A DNA stretch of 64,000 nt from Gemmatimonadota bacterium (GTDB taxonomy: Bacteria > Gemmatimonadota > Gemmatimonadetes > Gemmatimonadales > GWC2-71-9). Within the stretch, counting starts at the first letter, position 1; the number at the start of each line of letters is the position of its first letter. The position numbers and the translations under genes were made by a program. The notes under the pieces were generated by a model. The model ran no database searches. It was not told the origin of the DNA and worked only from the letters and a program-made list of their open reading frames with translations. Shown in pieces: positions 63,529 through 64,000 of the stretch. The stretch is taken from positions 29,537 to 93,536 of the forward strand of contig JBDHEI010000004.1 in NCBI GenBank assembly GCA_039591075.1. The letters run 5' to 3'.

Positions 63529-64000
63529 GGTGTGCCATCTCTTTTGCGGGAGGATCGAGATGCTTGGTGTAGACGATCAAATCGTCCTGAGGCCCGTAGT
63601 ACTGCACGATGTGCGCAGCCCGCGTGTACCCGATTGAATCGTAGAACCCCCGGGTCGGCCCGTAGTCGTCGCGGGACGACGTTTCCACCACGATCAGCAG
63701 CCCCTTCCGCATCCGGATGTTCCGTTCGGTGTGGTCCATGAGCTTGCGGCCGACCCCGTGTCGGTGCGCCGCGGGAGCGACGACGATCCAGTACAGGTCC
63801 CACGTTGCAGCCGTGCAAGGGGTCGGACCGTACAGGGTGAAGCCCACGAGCCCATCGTCGTCGAAGGCCCCGATCGCGTGGTAGTCGGTGCCGGGACGGG
63901 TGATGTGGTCGTCGAACACTTCGAGAGCCACGGTGATCTCGTCGGAGCGGAAGACACGCGTGGCCTCGACCATCGCGCGGACGCGCTCCCGGTCTTCCGC
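63521..64000 (-). CDS. GNAT-family N-acetyltransferase (5' end beyond the window edge)
   Basis: Acetyl-CoA motif VAPAAHRHGVGRKLM. The frame stays open upstream of the ATG at 63973 to the window edge (AEDRERVRA-MVEATRVF). 8-nt overlap with the kamA start. Confidence 0.75.
   Translation of the reverse strand, partial: AEDRERVRAMVEATRVFRSDEITVALEVFDDHITRPGTDYHAIGAFDDDGLVGFTLYGPTPCTAATWDLYWIVVAPAAHRHGVGRKLMDHTERNIRMRKGLLIVVETSSRDDYGPTRGFYDSIGYTRAAHIVQYYGPQDDLIVYTKHLDPPAKEMAHHG

Overview
High-GC bacterial chromosomal window (roughly two-thirds G+C by eye, not computed). It is densely coded on both strands, and many neighbouring genes are coupled by ATGA/GTGA start-stop overlaps. The six-frame track holds many long antisense or overprinted ORFs, as expected in high-GC DNA. 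I kept about 55 CDS that show family motifs or convincing signal/TM architecture, plus one tRNA-Cys(GCA), two intrinsic terminators and several repeat or operator-like sites. I saw no transposase, integrase, phage gene, CRISPR array or classical defence gene. Blocks: (0-2.8 kb) a ybjQ / Nudix / SRAP operon and a signal-peptide formamidase-like enzyme. (2.8-9.5 kb) An AT-rich promoter island, then a YtrA-type GntR, ABC ATPase, membrane protein and two paralogous bitopic envelope proteins; a convergent zinc-ribbon Ser/Thr kinase; tRNA-Cys with a duplicated 3' end; and a truncated third paralogue. (9.5-11.5 kb) An ODC/DapDC-fold PLP decarboxylase whose start is bracketed by inverted arrays of an 8-nt repeat, and an 8-Cys mini-protein behind three 11-bp-phased direct repeats. 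(11.9-23.4 kb) The most interesting locus, two convergent operons that look like a synthase-dependent exopolysaccharide machine. It contains a TM-HEAT protein, a processive GT2 synthase, a TPR-glycoside-hydrolase lipoprotein, a TPR plus beta-barrel porin and an esterase. Its regulators are a MarR / pseudo-receiver / degenerate-GGDEF (I-site intact) / receiver fusion and a sensor-less hybrid histidine kinase. (23.5-36 kb) S58 peptidase plus Na/solute symporter, tryptophanase-family lyase, two c-type cytochromes, DUF2892, an OmpR-type two-component system, a GAF kinase, tandem ZIP transporters, a CBS protein and a USP. (35.9-36.3 kb) An ORF-free spacer ending in a strong plus-strand terminator, a candidate sRNA. 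(36.3-51.3 kb) A beta-CASP MBL RNase and a signalling island: a TM module and hybrid kinase that appear split by a frameshift, an M50-CBS protease, a 1315-aa multi-PAS HisKA_3 kinase with a NarL regulator, a CheY-like protein and a 1179-aa PAS hybrid kinase. (51.3-54.5 kb) Two DUF3179 paralogues plus a beta-barrel protein. (54.5-64 kb) A CPA1 antiporter with RCK domain, thioesterase, two SDRs, an aldehyde dehydrogenase, an EF-G2-type paralogue and a GNAT plus lysine-2,3-aminomutase pair. All family calls rest on motif recognition by eye; no searches were run.
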